Assembly (NCBI GenBank): GCA_963727445.1
Contig: CAVSGI010000009.1
Span: forward strand, 128,001 to 192,000
Length of the DNA: 64,000 nt
Origin: an uncultured delta proteobacterium
GTDB taxonomy: Bacteria > Myxococcota_A > Polyangia > Polyangiales > B10-G4
Reading direction: 5' to 3'
The first letter of the stretch is position 1; each line of letters begins with the position of its first letter. A program made the position numbers and the translations under genes. Positions 21,987 through 32,590 of the stretch are shown in pieces. The notes beneath the pieces were generated by a model. It made no database searches, had not been told where the DNA came from, and saw only the letters and a program-made list of their open reading frames with translations.

Positions 21987-22898
21987 TCAGAACGCGAGGC
22001 GGGCGTTCACGCGCGCGTCGGTGGGTGTGACGTCGAAGGCCACGCTCACGTCGTCGTCGTCATCGTCGTCGCTGTCCGAAACGGCGATCAGGGTCACGGC
22101 GCCGGCGACCCCCGCGGCGAGGCCGAGGCCCAGGGTGACGAGCTGCGCCACGCCCAGGGCGCGGGCCTGCCCGCACACCGACTGGGCGTGGGAGAGAAGC
22201 GCATCGCCACCGCCGAAAGACTCGCCGGCGCTGGCGTACTGACAGACGTCGGCGTTGACGACCTCCGCGGAGGAAGCCCCCATCGCCGTGAGGCCCGCCC
22301 CGACCTGCTCGCGATAGGAGAAGAACTCGTCGTCGTTCAGGTTGCCCCTCCAGACGGAGAGCCCGAGCGTGGTGGTGAGGAGCCCGCTCGCGGCGGCGAG
22401 GAGGCTGACCCCGAGCGGGTTCTTCCACGCGTGGCGGGAGTCCGCTGCCACTTCGGGAGGGGAGGAGAGCTCGAAGGCGAGCCAGTCGGCGACGGCCTCG
22501 GGATCGAGGGGGAGCTCCATGATCTCCGAACGACCGGGCTCCGAGTCGACGATCGAACGAAGGACGATCGCGGGCGCCCCGTCGGAGATGACCACGTTCC
22601 CCGTGACGAGCGCGTGCGCGTCGAAGGATTCCGCGACTGCGCGCAGGCAAGCCATGGATGCCCGCGAGCAGTTCACGAGCTCGAGGGCGGCCTCCTGGCT
22701 CACCCCGACGTCGACGAAGCGGAAGTCCTCGACCGCGCGGGCCCCTGCGTGCAGCGCTTCGCCGGCGCCCACAGCGTCGTCCACGAGCTCGTCGCTATCC
22801 GCAGCCGGCTCGAGCACGACGAGCATCGGCTGCGCCAGCGCCGCGCCTGGAGCCCATGCGACAGCGAGCACTACGAGGGTGAAGGGGAGTGTCCGCAT
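21987..22898 (-). CDS. Secreted/membrane hypothetical protein (myxobacterial type)
   Basis: Signal peptide, two C-terminal hydrophobic helices and a terminal Phe. Confidence 0.6.
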   Translation of the reverse strand: MRTLPFTLVVLAVAWAPGAALAQPMLVVLEPAADSDELVDDAVGAGEALHAGARAVEDFRFVDVGVSQEAALELVNCSRASMACLRAVAESFDAHALVTGNVVISDGAPAIVLRSIVDSEPGRSEIMELPLDPEAVADWLAFELSSPPEVAADSRHAWKNPLGVSLLAAASGLLTTTLGLSVWRGNLNDDEFFSYREQVGAGLTAMGASSAEVVNADVCQYASAGESFGGGDALLSHAQSVCGQARALGVAQLVTLGLGLAAGVAGAVTLIAVSDSDDDDDDDVSVAFDVTPTDARVNARLAF

Positions 22899-23075
22899 GG
22901 GATGTTGGTAGCAGAGTCTGGGCCACGAAGTCGACGCGTCCCCGCATGAAGACGGTGATGGGCGTCTGCAGGCCGCGTCTCGCGCCTCTTCTGCGGCCGC
23001 GTTCGAGGGCCACTCGTCAGCGAGGGCGATGCCACGGCCATCGACCGGGGAGATTCGATACCATCACGAAGGGCG

Positions 23076-23649
23076 ATGGCGGTTTCTGAGGTCAAAGGCA
23101 GCTCCGTGAGCATGACGATTCGAGCGCGTACGCAAGCGCTACGGCGAGGCGGGCGTCGCTCGCGTGGTCGAAGCGCTCCCACCGCGCGTTCGCGAGCAGC
23201 TCCCGGCGAACCTGCACTTCCTTCCGTCGTCGACCTGGCCGTTCGAGGTGTGGGCCGAGCTCCTCCTGGCGGCGGAGACGCTCTTCGGCGATTTCGCGCG
23301 CGCGTCCTCCCGCGAGGGTTACAAGGAGCTCCTGCGCACGGTCTACAAGAACTGGGTGCGTCCGGGGGATGCCGCGGAGTCGGTGCGCCAGCTTCCGCAT
23401 CTGTGGGAGCAGGTCACCAAGGGGCTCGGCGAGTACGCGGTCGAGGACCGCGGCTCGGACATCGTGATCCAGGTGAGGCTTCTCGGCGTGGACGAACGGT
23501 ATCGAGAGATCACCGAGGAGCGCGTCGCCGGCACCATCGAGGCGATGATCGCGGCGTCGGGGAGGCGCGGGACGGTGCGCCGGGCGCCGGCGGGGGACGG
23601 AGTCACGGAATTCGTGGTGCGAACGACGCGGTCCATGATGGGCCTCTAA
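23076..23649 (+). CDS. Myxobacterial DUF2378/V4R-like small protein (+1 frameshift near 23127)
   Basis: MAVSEVKGSSV continues, after removing one base, as VRKRYGEAGVARVVEALP...PSSTWP. Confidence 0.55.
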
Positions 23650-23734
23650 TGCAGGTGGCGAAGCCACAGATCCCCTCGATCCACCCGAGCATGGCGCCGG
23701 CGCGGGCATCGTCTCCGTGCGCGAAGCGACGAGG

Positions 23735-25945
23735 TCAGAGCGCGACGATGCGACCCAGCGAAGGTGGGTCGATGTCCGTCGCAGGGGTGAGGCTCTCGTC
23801 TTGGAAATACTCGATGAACGCGTCGTCGATGGTGTCACCGGCAGTGGGTGCCTCTGCGCCCCCCGCCACGAATGCTTCATAGCCGTTGCCGCCGTACCAG
23901 ACGTAGTCCGGGATCGCGATGCTGTAGCTGGCGCTCGCGTCGTTCGGGATCGTCTCGCCCCCTTCGAGGGCGAGGGTCTGGACGCGCGCCCCCGCCGCGG
24001 CCGACGGATCGAAGGTGATCGAGATGCCGGACACCTGGAAGAACTCGCCCTGGCCGGTGGATCCGTCGTAGGTGGACAGGCCGTGCTCGAGAAGATCCCA
24101 GAGCTCTTCGCCGGTGATCATGAAGCTCACGATGCGATTGCCGAAGGGGAACATCGCCCGTGCGTCCTCGACGACGACGTCGTAGGGCGGCCCCGCGGCA
24201 TAGCCGGCATCTGGACGCCTCAGCGCCGTGTCCGCGGGAAGAACCGAAGAGGCGGGGATCCCGTTGCGGATTCCCCCGCCGTTCACGATGCCGATCTGTG
24301 TCGTCGCCGACGCCCGCACCACGTCGGCGACGAGATCGCCGAGCACCGACTCGCCGTTGCGATTGTCGTCGCGCGACCAGCTGAAGGCCGCGCTCACCGT
24401 GCCGATCACGGTCTCGTCGGACACGATCGCGGGGCACGAATCCATCGCGGGTCCCGCCGCCACGGCGGCGGGGTCGAGGAGGTACGCCTGGGTCCGGCTC
24501 AGCGCGCACGGCAACTGTAGGGAGAGATGGCCGGCGATGTGGGTCTCGAGGAGAATGGTGTCGTTGTCGAGGGTCGACCGAAGCGTCAGCGAGCCCTCCT
24601 CCGGGGTGGCAGGGTCGAGATCGTTGGCCACCATGTAGAAAGGCGGGGCGTCTGGGATTGCTTCGGCTGCGAAGCGCTCGGCCGGCTCGACGTCGAAGGC
24701 GAGGGCGAAGAGCACCTGCTGATCGCGCTCACCGAAGAGCGGGCCGTAGGAGGGCAGGTCGGCGACGGCCGCCGCTCGCGCCGTGCGCCAATCGGCGAAG
24801 GTGGCGCCAGGGGCATGGGTGGTGTCGAGGCTGGTGATCACCAGGAGGGACTCGGCGTAACTGAAGACGCGCGCTTCGATGCTGGCGAGCTGGGTGAGCA
24901 GTGGATTGGGATTGCCGCTCGCCGCCGCGGCGAGGGCCGTGGCCATGTCGAGGTAGTTGGGCGTCTTGAAGAACTGCGAGACCCAGAGCTCCAACGCGGG
25001 ACGATCGAGGGTGCCGGTCCCCGAAGGGGATTCGAGCGGCGCCACTCGGATGTTCGAGACGAGTGCATCGAAGGCCTCGCGCGTCGTGCCCATCGTGGGG
25101 CGGAACGCGCAAGCGGCGTTCGCGTCGCACCAATCGAAGAAGCCACTCAGAGCGGCCTCGGCGCCACGGGCTTGATCGATCCGCCGCTCGAAGAGGTCGT
25201 GGGTGGCCGGCATCGCCGACGCCAGCACTGCGGCGCGCACCCGGCTCGGGAACAGGGTCGCATAGGCGGTGGTGGTCCAGGTGCCGTAGGACTCGCCGAC
25301 GATCGAGAGCTGCTCTTCGCCGAGCGCCTCGCGCAGTACATCGATGTCCCGCGCCGAATCCGCGGTGCCAAAGTGCGAGAGATCGCCCGTCATCGAGGCA
25401 CAGCCCGCGATGGCGGAGCTCAGGAGAGCCGAGACCGCCATGTCGTCGGCAGCCGACTCGAGGTCCGCGCTGAAGCGCGCGAGGGTGAGGGGATCGACAC
25501 AGTGGATCGCTGGATCGCTGCCCGCGGTTCCACGCATGTCCATCCCGACGACGTCGAAACGACGGAACACCTCGCCCATCCCCGGGAACAGGCGGGTGGG
25601 AAGCTCGCTCACATCGGTGACGCCCGAGGACCCAGGTCCGCCCGGGGCATAGAAGAGGACGCCGATTCGCTGAGAGGGCGAGAGCGCCGGGAGGCGGACC
25701 AACGGCAGGGTGAGCGTGTCCCCATCCGGCGCCTCGTGGTCGATCGGCACCACGAGGCTCGCGCACTCGGCGCGCCCGTCTCCGCAAGGGGTCCACTCGA
25801 GGGCACCGGTTCCTCCATCGCCCGCCGCGTCACCCATGGTGTCGAGCGGAGCGTCCATGGCGGCATCGAGCGCGCCGCCGCTGTCATCGCCGCAACCGGT
25901 GACAGAAAGCACGGCGAGGGCACCACCCACCAGGAGACGTTTCAC
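23735..25945 (-). CDS. Lipoprotein: TAP-like alpha/beta peptidase fused to a 5'-nucleotidase C-terminal domain
   Basis: Lipobox VTGC; PGGPG, GESYG, DPATP and GH; then RNGESVLGDLVAD, NGGGIR, FPFGN, QVSG and DY...GGNGY. Confidence 0.75.
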   Translation of the reverse strand: MKRLLVGGALAVLSVTGCGDDSGGALDAAMDAPLDTMGDAAGDGGTGALEWTPCGDGRAECASLVVPIDHEAPDGDTLTLPLVRLPALSPSQRIGVLFYAPGGPGSSGVTDVSELPTRLFPGMGEVFRRFDVVGMDMRGTAGSDPAIHCVDPLTLARFSADLESAADDMAVSALLSSAIAGCASMTGDLSHFGTADSARDIDVLREALGEEQLSIVGESYGTWTTTAYATLFPSRVRAAVLASAMPATHDLFERRIDQARGAEAALSGFFDWCDANAACAFRPTMGTTREAFDALVSNIRVAPLESPSGTGTLDRPALELWVSQFFKTPNYLDMATALAAAASGNPNPLLTQLASIEARVFSYAESLLVITSLDTTHAPGATFADWRTARAAAVADLPSYGPLFGERDQQVLFALAFDVEPAERFAAEAIPDAPPFYMVANDLDPATPEEGSLTLRSTLDNDTILLETHIAGHLSLQLPCALSRTQAYLLDPAAVAAGPAMDSCPAIVSDETVIGTVSAAFSWSRDDNRNGESVLGDLVADVVRASATTQIGIVNGGGIRNGIPASSVLPADTALRRPDAGYAAGPPYDVVVEDARAMFPFGNRIVSFMITGEELWDLLEHGLSTYDGSTGQGEFFQVSGISITFDPSAAAGARVQTLALEGGETIPNDASASYSIAIPDYVWYGGNGYEAFVAGGAEAPTAGDTIDDAFIEYFQDESLTPATDIDPPSLGRIVAL

Positions 25946-26017
25946 AGGTAGAGTCTATCTTTCCTTTGGCGGGAGCGCCGCAAAGGTCGCCGCCCGACCG
26001 CTAGCGAACCGGCACGA

Positions 26018-26725
26018 TCACGATCTCCCCCGCCGGACGGCGGCGACGTTGAGCATCACGAGGGCCAACGCGAAGGCGATCAAGGTCGCCCACGCGTCGA
26101 GCGTGGCTTCGGCGTGCGTCTGGAGCACCAGCAACTCTCCTGGGGCGTCGATGTGGTGCTGGGCGATGGCGTGGGCGACCGCGAGCTCGTGGTCGCGTGG
26201 CGTGGACCACACTGTGCCGACGAGCGGACGATGCCGAAACAGTTCGCGGCACGCGCCCGGTTCGCCCTCGCACCGAACCCAGGTGGGGGCAGCTTCGGTG
26301 CGCGTCCAGCCATCGTCTACCAGGGGCGCGGCGACATAGTCCCGCGAAAGGCCGTTGTCCGAGACGGGGCGATCTTCCGCCAGGTCGACCCCCTCGAGCT
26401 CGGTCCGGACCACTCCGTCATCGACGGCGACGACCTCGCTCGACGGAACGAGCCCGCCCAACGTGACCGTCGGATACCAGCTCGAGGCCACATGGATCGC
26501 GTCCACGGCGAAGCCGAGTAGCAGCAACGGCGAAAGAACACTCGCGAGCAGCGCGATGATCCACCGCATCGTCTGTCGATCGCGACGCCACCAGGCCCAA
26601 CCGAGCGCGCCGCCGACGAGCGCGGCGCCCAACCAAGCGAGGGGGAAGCTCAAGCCGAGCAGGCCGAGGAGCACCGCGACCGCGGCAGGTGCCGTGACGG
26701 CGGCGAGTCCGAGAAGAACCTCCAA
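26018..26725 (-). CDS. Hypothetical membrane protein
   Basis: Several hydrophobic segments. Confidence 0.55.
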   Translation of the reverse strand: MEVLLGLAAVTAPAAVAVLLGLLGLSFPLAWLGAALVGGALGWAWWRRDRQTMRWIIALLASVLSPLLLLGFAVDAIHVASSWYPTVTLGGLVPSSEVVAVDDGVVRTELEGVDLAEDRPVSDNGLSRDYVAAPLVDDGWTRTEAAPTWVRCEGEPGACRELFRHRPLVGTVWSTPRDHELAVAHAIAQHHIDAPGELLVLQTHAEATLDAWATLIAFALALVMLNVAAVRRGRS

Positions 26726-26729
26726 GGTC

Positions 26730-27113
26730 CTAACCCTCTTGCGTTTCCGCCCTCAGTGCGTCCTTCCGGGAGAGGCTTTCGGCGGGCCAGTGCTCGGATG
26801 CGCGGTAGTACTCCTCCATCACCGGGACGTCGTCGGGGAGGATCACCCATGGCTGCTTCGACATCGTCCAGATGTGGATGTTCGGAGGAAGGACGCCCGG
26901 ATCGGCGGAAGGCGTCTGCACGTAGTCGACCTCGCCGGCCAGCACGTCGACGCGGTCGGTCTCGATGAGGGCGTTGAGGGCGAATGCGCTCCCCGTCTCG
27001 CGCTGGCACCAGCGGCAGTGACAGCAGTGCACGAAGAGCGGCGGTGAGCTCAGGCGGTAGCGGATGCGGCGGCACGTGCAGCCGCCTTCGAGAAGCGGGG
27101 GGTCGGCGGTCAT
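26730..27113 (-). pseudogene. GFA/CENP-V family protein with an internal deletion
   Basis: GGCTC and CCHCRWCQR are present. TPSA joins directly to DPGVLPPNIHIW, skipping the usual second CxxC...GTLD segment. Confidence 0.55.
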
Positions 27114-27156
27114 GTCGGCCGCGAGAGTATCGCACTCGCGGTCCATCGCCCCCGGG

Positions 27157-27894
27157 TCAGTCGAGGCGCGCCAGCAAGCGTTTGGCGAGCAGGTATGCGT
27201 CGCCGGGCCAGCGCGCGGTGAGGAGCTGATCGTCCTCGACGACGAAGGCGGCGTGGTCGTCGTCGCGGGTGCCGCGGCTGAAGAGGTGGGTGGGCCCGCG
27301 CTCGAAGGCGCCCTCGTCTCCGAGCGCGCCGCGCACCTCGTCCTCGACGTACGCTGGATAGGTCCGAAAGTAGCGGCCGACCTTCCACGCGGTCGCGTAG
27401 TAGGCGATGCGCTCCATGTATTTCGGCAGGCAGGTGGTGCGATGGCCCGAGAGCACCGGACGTCCGTCCGAGCCGAGGGTGCGGGCGAGGACGAGCACGC
27501 CGTGGCAGATGGCGGCGACGGGCTTTTCGGCGTCGAAGAAGGCACGCACCTTTTCCCGGAGCACCTCGGCTTCGAGGTACTGCTTCATCCCAGGCGCGTG
27601 GCCGCCGGTGAGCCAGAGCGCGTCGGCGACGTCGACGTCGATGTCCGCCCAGCGAATCGGCGTCTTGCACGCGTCGCTCTCGATCATCTCGCGATAGAAG
27701 GCGAGGGGCTCGGGGTCCGCGCCGAGCTGGCCGAAGACCACGCCGCTGATGAGGAGCGGGTCCGCTTCGGGCGCCGCGCCGTTCTCGGTGGCGAAGACGA
27801 CGTCGTGACCGGCGTCGGTGAGGAGCTTCCACGGCACCGCGCACTCCGTGACGTCGAAGTCGTGGTCGGGGAGCGGGAAGACGATGGAGGCCAT
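27157..27894 (-). CDS. DJ-1/PfpI family (class I glutamine amidotransferase-like) protein
   Basis: DFDVTECAVPW, GGH, AAICHG and TARWPGD. Confidence 0.88.
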   Translation of the reverse strand: MASIVFPLPDHDFDVTECAVPWKLLTDAGHDVVFATENGAAPEADPLLISGVVFGQLGADPEPLAFYREMIESDACKTPIRWADIDVDVADALWLTGGHAPGMKQYLEAEVLREKVRAFFDAEKPVAAICHGVLVLARTLGSDGRPVLSGHRTTCLPKYMERIAYYATAWKVGRYFRTYPAYVEDEVRGALGDEGAFERGPTHLFSRGTRDDDHAAFVVEDDQLLTARWPGDAYLLAKRLLARLD

Positions 27895-28057
27895 AGGAGC
27901 CCAATGTACAGAAACGCGACGACGTGCCCAAGGCGTCGCGCGCTCCGGGGTCACTGAGGGGAGCCCGGGAGAGCTCGCCACCCGCCTCGACGATGCGGAG
28001 GCGCGCGGGTGCGCTCGGCCCGACCTTCGTCCACCCACCATCCGTGTGGAGGTGCCG

Positions 28058-31000
28058 ATGCCCGTCCGTCTTCCCGCCCTCGTACTCACGAGCGTCGCGT
28101 CGCTCGTCTTCCTCTCTGCCCCCGTCAGCGCCCAGGGCGACGTCTGCCTCGCGGGCACCACCTTCGACGTCTGTCCGGCGGGAGGTGTCGCGCGCGAGCG
28201 CGGAGACGCGGTCCCCACCGCACGCGTGCGCGCGAGCGACAGCCGCCATCGCCGCCCCGACGCGCCGCCCGAGACGGAACATCTGGACGATCGCGGACTC
28301 TCCGCGTTCGAACGAGGTGGATCGCGCGCTCGCGCGCGAACTGGCCGTCCTATCGCGCCTGGTCGAAAACGTGGACCGAGCGGACGTTCGCCGCCCGCTG
28401 ATGCTCTCGCGCCTCGCGGAGACAGCGATGGAAGCGGCGCGGCGGGCGGACGCGCGGATCAACGCGCGCCTCGAAGCGCTGCACCGCGCGCGCCAGAGCG
28501 GACGGCGACAGGCGCTCGCGCGCCTACGGCGACAGCAGCGTCAGGACGAGGCGCGGCGTGCCGAGCACCGGACGACGGCGATGCAGGCGTGGGCACGGCT
28601 CATCTCGGAGCACCGCGGACATGCGAACGAGGATCACTCGCTCCACTCCTTCGCGCTTCTGCTCTCGGAGTCGGGCGACGCCGCGCGCGCGGCCACGGTG
28701 TGGCGGGAGCTCGTCCGCCGTCATCCGGGGAGCCCGCTCGTTCCCTACGCGTGGGTCGGGCTGGGCGAGGGCGCGCTCGAGGCCGGCGATGGGCGCACGG
28801 CCCTGGAGCTCTTCGATCGCGCGCTCGCCTTCGGGCCGGAGCGAAACCCGCTCTACGTCTTCGCCCTGCATCGGCGCGGATGGGCGGCGCGCGTCGCGGA
28901 CGCCCATCGCGAGGCGCTCGACTCCTTCATCCGCGCCATCGAGGCGGCGCGGGCACATCCCGATCAGACGCTCGCCGAGCCGCTCGCGAACGAAGCCGCG
29001 CGCGATCTGATCGTGCCCTACGCGGCGGTCGGATCGCCCCAGCGCGCGCTCGCCTTCTTTCGGAGATTCGCCGATAGCGAAGCGCGTGCGCTCGCCATGC
29101 TCGAGGACCTCGCGCTCCTCTATCACGACGAAGGAAGGTGGGCCGAGTCGCTGGTGCTTCATCACCAGCTGATCCGCGAACGTCCGACGTCCGACGATGT
29201 CTGCGCCTATCAGGAACGTGTGCTCCGTGCCGTGATCGCCACGCGCCCCAAAGCGGACCAGGTGCGCGAGGTGCAGCGCCTCGCCGACCTCGCCGAGCAG
29301 CGTCACGATCGAGAGTGTCGTGCGCTCGCGGCGGCGAGTGCGGCGGAGCTGGCGGTGGCGTGGCATCGGGAAGCCGTCGGCGTCGGCGAGATACCCGGCA
29401 CGCGATCGCGCGACACGATGCGCGCTGCCGCGCAGCTCTACGGCGTGCTCGAATCGATCGATGATCTCGACGCGCTTCCGATGCCGCGCTTCGATCCGCG
29501 AGACCGGCCGACGCGTGCCTCGATGCGCTACTACCAGGCGGAGCTGCTCTTCGAGATGGAGCAGTGGCAGGCCTGTGGCGAGGCGTTCAGCGAGGTGGTC
29601 GAGAGCGAAAGCGCTGGCGCGGAGCTCGAGGGGCAGGCGGCGCGGGGCGCGGTGCACTGCTTCGACCGTTTACTGGCGGCGCGTCCGGTCCCCGAGGGGC
29701 TGACGGAAGCGCGCGAGCTCACGCCGACCGAGCGCGACATGGTCGCGGCGTTTCGGCGCTACCGATGCGCCATCCCCGACGCCGACGATCTGGCGACGGT
29801 GATCTACCGCGAGGCCCGCGTCTTTCTCGACGCGGGCCAGCTCGAGGAGGCCGCCGTGCGCTTCGGCGAGGTCGCGCGGCGCTTTCCCGAGTCGGATGTG
29901 GGTCAGTTTGCAGCGAACCTGCACCTCGATGCGTTGAACGAGATCGGCGCGCGCGACGAGGGGAGAAAGGGGGCGTGCGTGAGCGTCATCGCCTCCGCGC
30001 TTCGGCCGTACCACCGCGCGTACTGCGGAAATCAGGAAGACGCCGCCGCGAACGCCAGCCTCTGCGCGCTGATCCCGCCCCTGGGCTGCGACGTCGTGCG
30101 GTACCGGGCCGAGGAGATGGGCCGCGCCGGCGATCACGCCCGCGCCGCCGAGCTCTATCACGGCCTCGCGGGACGCATGCCGGCGTGCGCGCATCGCGAC
30201 GAGATCCTGTTGAACCTGGCGATCCACGCGCAGGCGGCGGACCTGGTGGGCCGCGCCATCGCCGCCCTCGAAGCGCTGGTCGAAGAGCACCCCGAGAGCG
30301 AGCACGTCGCCGACGCACACCGCCGCCTCGGCGAGGCCTACCACGCCATCGCCATCTACGAACGCGCCGCCGACCACTACGAAGCCTTCGTCCGCCGAAC
30401 GCCGAACGCCGAGGGCGCAGCGGACGCGCTCGCCAACGCCGTCTTCTTCCGGCTCGGCCTCGGCGACGACGAAAAGGCGATCGCCGCGGCCCGCTTCTTC
30501 GAGCAGCGCCTCGCTGAGGACGACCCAGAGCGCGCCGCGCAGGTGGCCTTCGCCATCGGCACCATCTACGAGGTGCGCGACGAGCACCGCGCCGTGGTCG
30601 AGCACTATCGGCGCTGGCTCTCGCGTCACGCCGCCGCGGCTTCGCCGGCGCGGATCATCGAGGCCCACGTCGCCATCGGGCGCGCCGAGCGGCGGATGGG
30701 AGACGCGCAGCGCGCGGGGCTCGCGTTCTCTTCAGCGATCGAAGCATGGGAGCGGCTCGCCCCCGCGATCGAGGCGCTCCCCGAGGCCGAGCGTCCTCGC
30801 GAGGTGCGCGAAGCGCGGCAGGCCGTCGCCGAGGCGGCCTTCGGCGAGGCCGACGCGCTCTACGAGCGCTTTCGCGACACGCCCCTTCCGCGCTATCGCC
30901 GCGGCCGCGTCGAGACGTGGGTGGAGCGCTCTTTCCGCCCCTGGCTCGAGGCGCAGCTCGTGAACCTCGCGCAGGCCGAGGCGGCCTTCGAGCGCGTCGC

Positions 31001-31367
31001 CCACTACGACGACCCGCGCTGGACCATCGCCTCCGCTGCGCGCGTGGGCGAGATGTACGCCCGCTTCGCCGACGCCTTCGGCGACGCCCCGGTCCCGCCC
31101 GCCATCGCGCGCGACCCGGACCTCTACGCCGAGTACGTCGACGAGCTCGAGCGCCAGCGCCGCCGATTCAGCGAGCCCGCCGTCGAGCGCTTCGCCCTCT
31201 GCCTCGGCATCGCCACCCGCCTGCGCTTCTTCGACGAGCGCAGCCAGCGCTGCGAGCACGAGCTGAACCGCCTCGACCCGAGCGAGTACCCGCTCTCCGC
31301 CGAGCTCCGCCGCGGCGTGCGCGCGCCGAGCGCCCCGGCGCGGCCAGTGCCGGTGACGCTGGAGTGA
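28058..31367 (+). CDS. Large secreted TPR-repeat protein (frameshift near 28316)
   Basis: Signal peptide MPVRLPALVL... in one frame, then a long TPR-rich frame (HPGSPLVPYAW, FPESDVGQFAANL) of myxobacterial type. Confidence 0.75.
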
Positions 31368-31370
31368 GGG

Positions 31371-32510
31371 TCAGGTTCCCATGCCGCTCAGCGAGGCCGT
31401 CACGGGGCAGTCGGCGGTCGCGCGAAGCGTGGCGGAGCGCGCGCCGGTGGCGCTGGGACTGAAGACGACGGTGATCGTGCACGAATCACCGGGCGCGACG
31501 CTCGTCCCGGTGCATGCGTCGGAGGTGATGAGGAAGTCTCCGGCATTCGCGCCCGCCATGGCGACGGTGAAAGGGCTCGTCGCGGAGCCGCCGACATTGA
31601 GGATGGTGAATGTCGTCTCCGCGCTCGCCATGCCGACGGGGATCGAGCCGAAGTCGTAGGTCGAGGGCGTGATGATGCCGCAATCCACGTACGCGGCGGT
31701 TCCGGACAAGGAGGACGACGCCGAAAACGTTCCATCGGTGACGTCGAGCGTCGCGGACTTGGCGCCGACCGTGCTGGGCGAAAAGACGACGACGATGGTG
31801 CAGCTCGAGCCCGGGAGGACCGGCATCCGGCACGAGTTGGCGAGGATCATGAACTCGGTGGCGTCGGGTCCTCCGAACGAAGTTTCGAACGGCCCAGTCG
31901 TGAAACATCCGATGTTCGTCAACGTGAAAGTCACGGGCGCGCTCGTTGCACCGTCTCCAACTACGCCGAAGTCCTGTGAGCCTGGTACGAGAGAAGGGGC
32001 TTCACAGATGCTCGCCGTGCCGACGAGGGCGATGGTGATGACTGCGCTTCCGTCGTCTACGACTAGCTGAGCTGTGTGTGGGCCGCCCGACGTCGGCTCA
32101 TAGGCGACCTCGATCGCGCACGCCGCGCCAGCTTCGAGGCCATCGGCGCACCCGTCGCTCGCAATCCGGAATTGCATCGCATCCGTGCCCTCGAGCATGA
32201 CCATCAGCGGAAGGCTCGGCGCGCTTCCTGTGTTCTCCACGGTGAACGCCTGGGTCCGGCTCGTTCCGATTTCGACGGTTCCGAAGTCGTAGCTCGTCGG
32301 CGACGCGGTCAAGCGCGCCTCACCGACGATCGTCCCGTCGACCCCTTCGTCCGGCGCCACCGCCGAGTCGGCGGCCGGCCGCGTATCCACCAGGACCATT
32401 GCGTCCGACGAGACGCTCGCGTCCGCCCCATCCGGAGGGTGTGATTCCCCGCAGCCGCCCGACAGCAGCAACAGGGCGCAAGCGCACCAAACCAAACGAT
32501 TCCCCCCCAT
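31371..32510 (-). CDS. Lipoprotein with three tandem choice-of-anchor D / ASPM-SPD2-Hydin Ig-like domains
   Basis: Three repeats of P...DFG...G.....FT..N.G...F.I....C...L.PG..C.I.V.F.P...G...A.L. Confidence 0.8.
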   Translation of the reverse strand: MGGNRLVWCACALLLLSGGCGESHPPDGADASVSSDAMVLVDTRPAADSAVAPDEGVDGTIVGEARLTASPTSYDFGTVEIGTSRTQAFTVENTGSAPSLPLMVMLEGTDAMQFRIASDGCADGLEAGAACAIEVAYEPTSGGPHTAQLVVDDGSAVITIALVGTASICEAPSLVPGSQDFGVVGDGATSAPVTFTLTNIGCFTTGPFETSFGGPDATEFMILANSCRMPVLPGSSCTIVVVFSPSTVGAKSATLDVTDGTFSASSSLSGTAAYVDCGIITPSTYDFGSIPVGMASAETTFTILNVGGSATSPFTVAMAGANAGDFLITSDACTGTSVAPGDSCTITVVFSPSATGARSATLRATADCPVTASLSGMGT

Positions 32511-32525
32511 GATCCCTTTGTACCA

Positions 32526-32564
32526 TTGACACAGCGGGGGGATCGTCCGCAGATTTCCGACCTC
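32526..32564 (+). promoter_or_regulatory. Putative sigma70 promoter of fusA
   Basis: TTGACA 32526-32531, then CAGATTTCCGACCTCC, which resembles the -10/discriminator of the rpsL and tuf promoters. Confidence 0.45.
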
Positions 32565-32590
32565 CGAAGTAGAGGAACGAGGAAGCAAAA

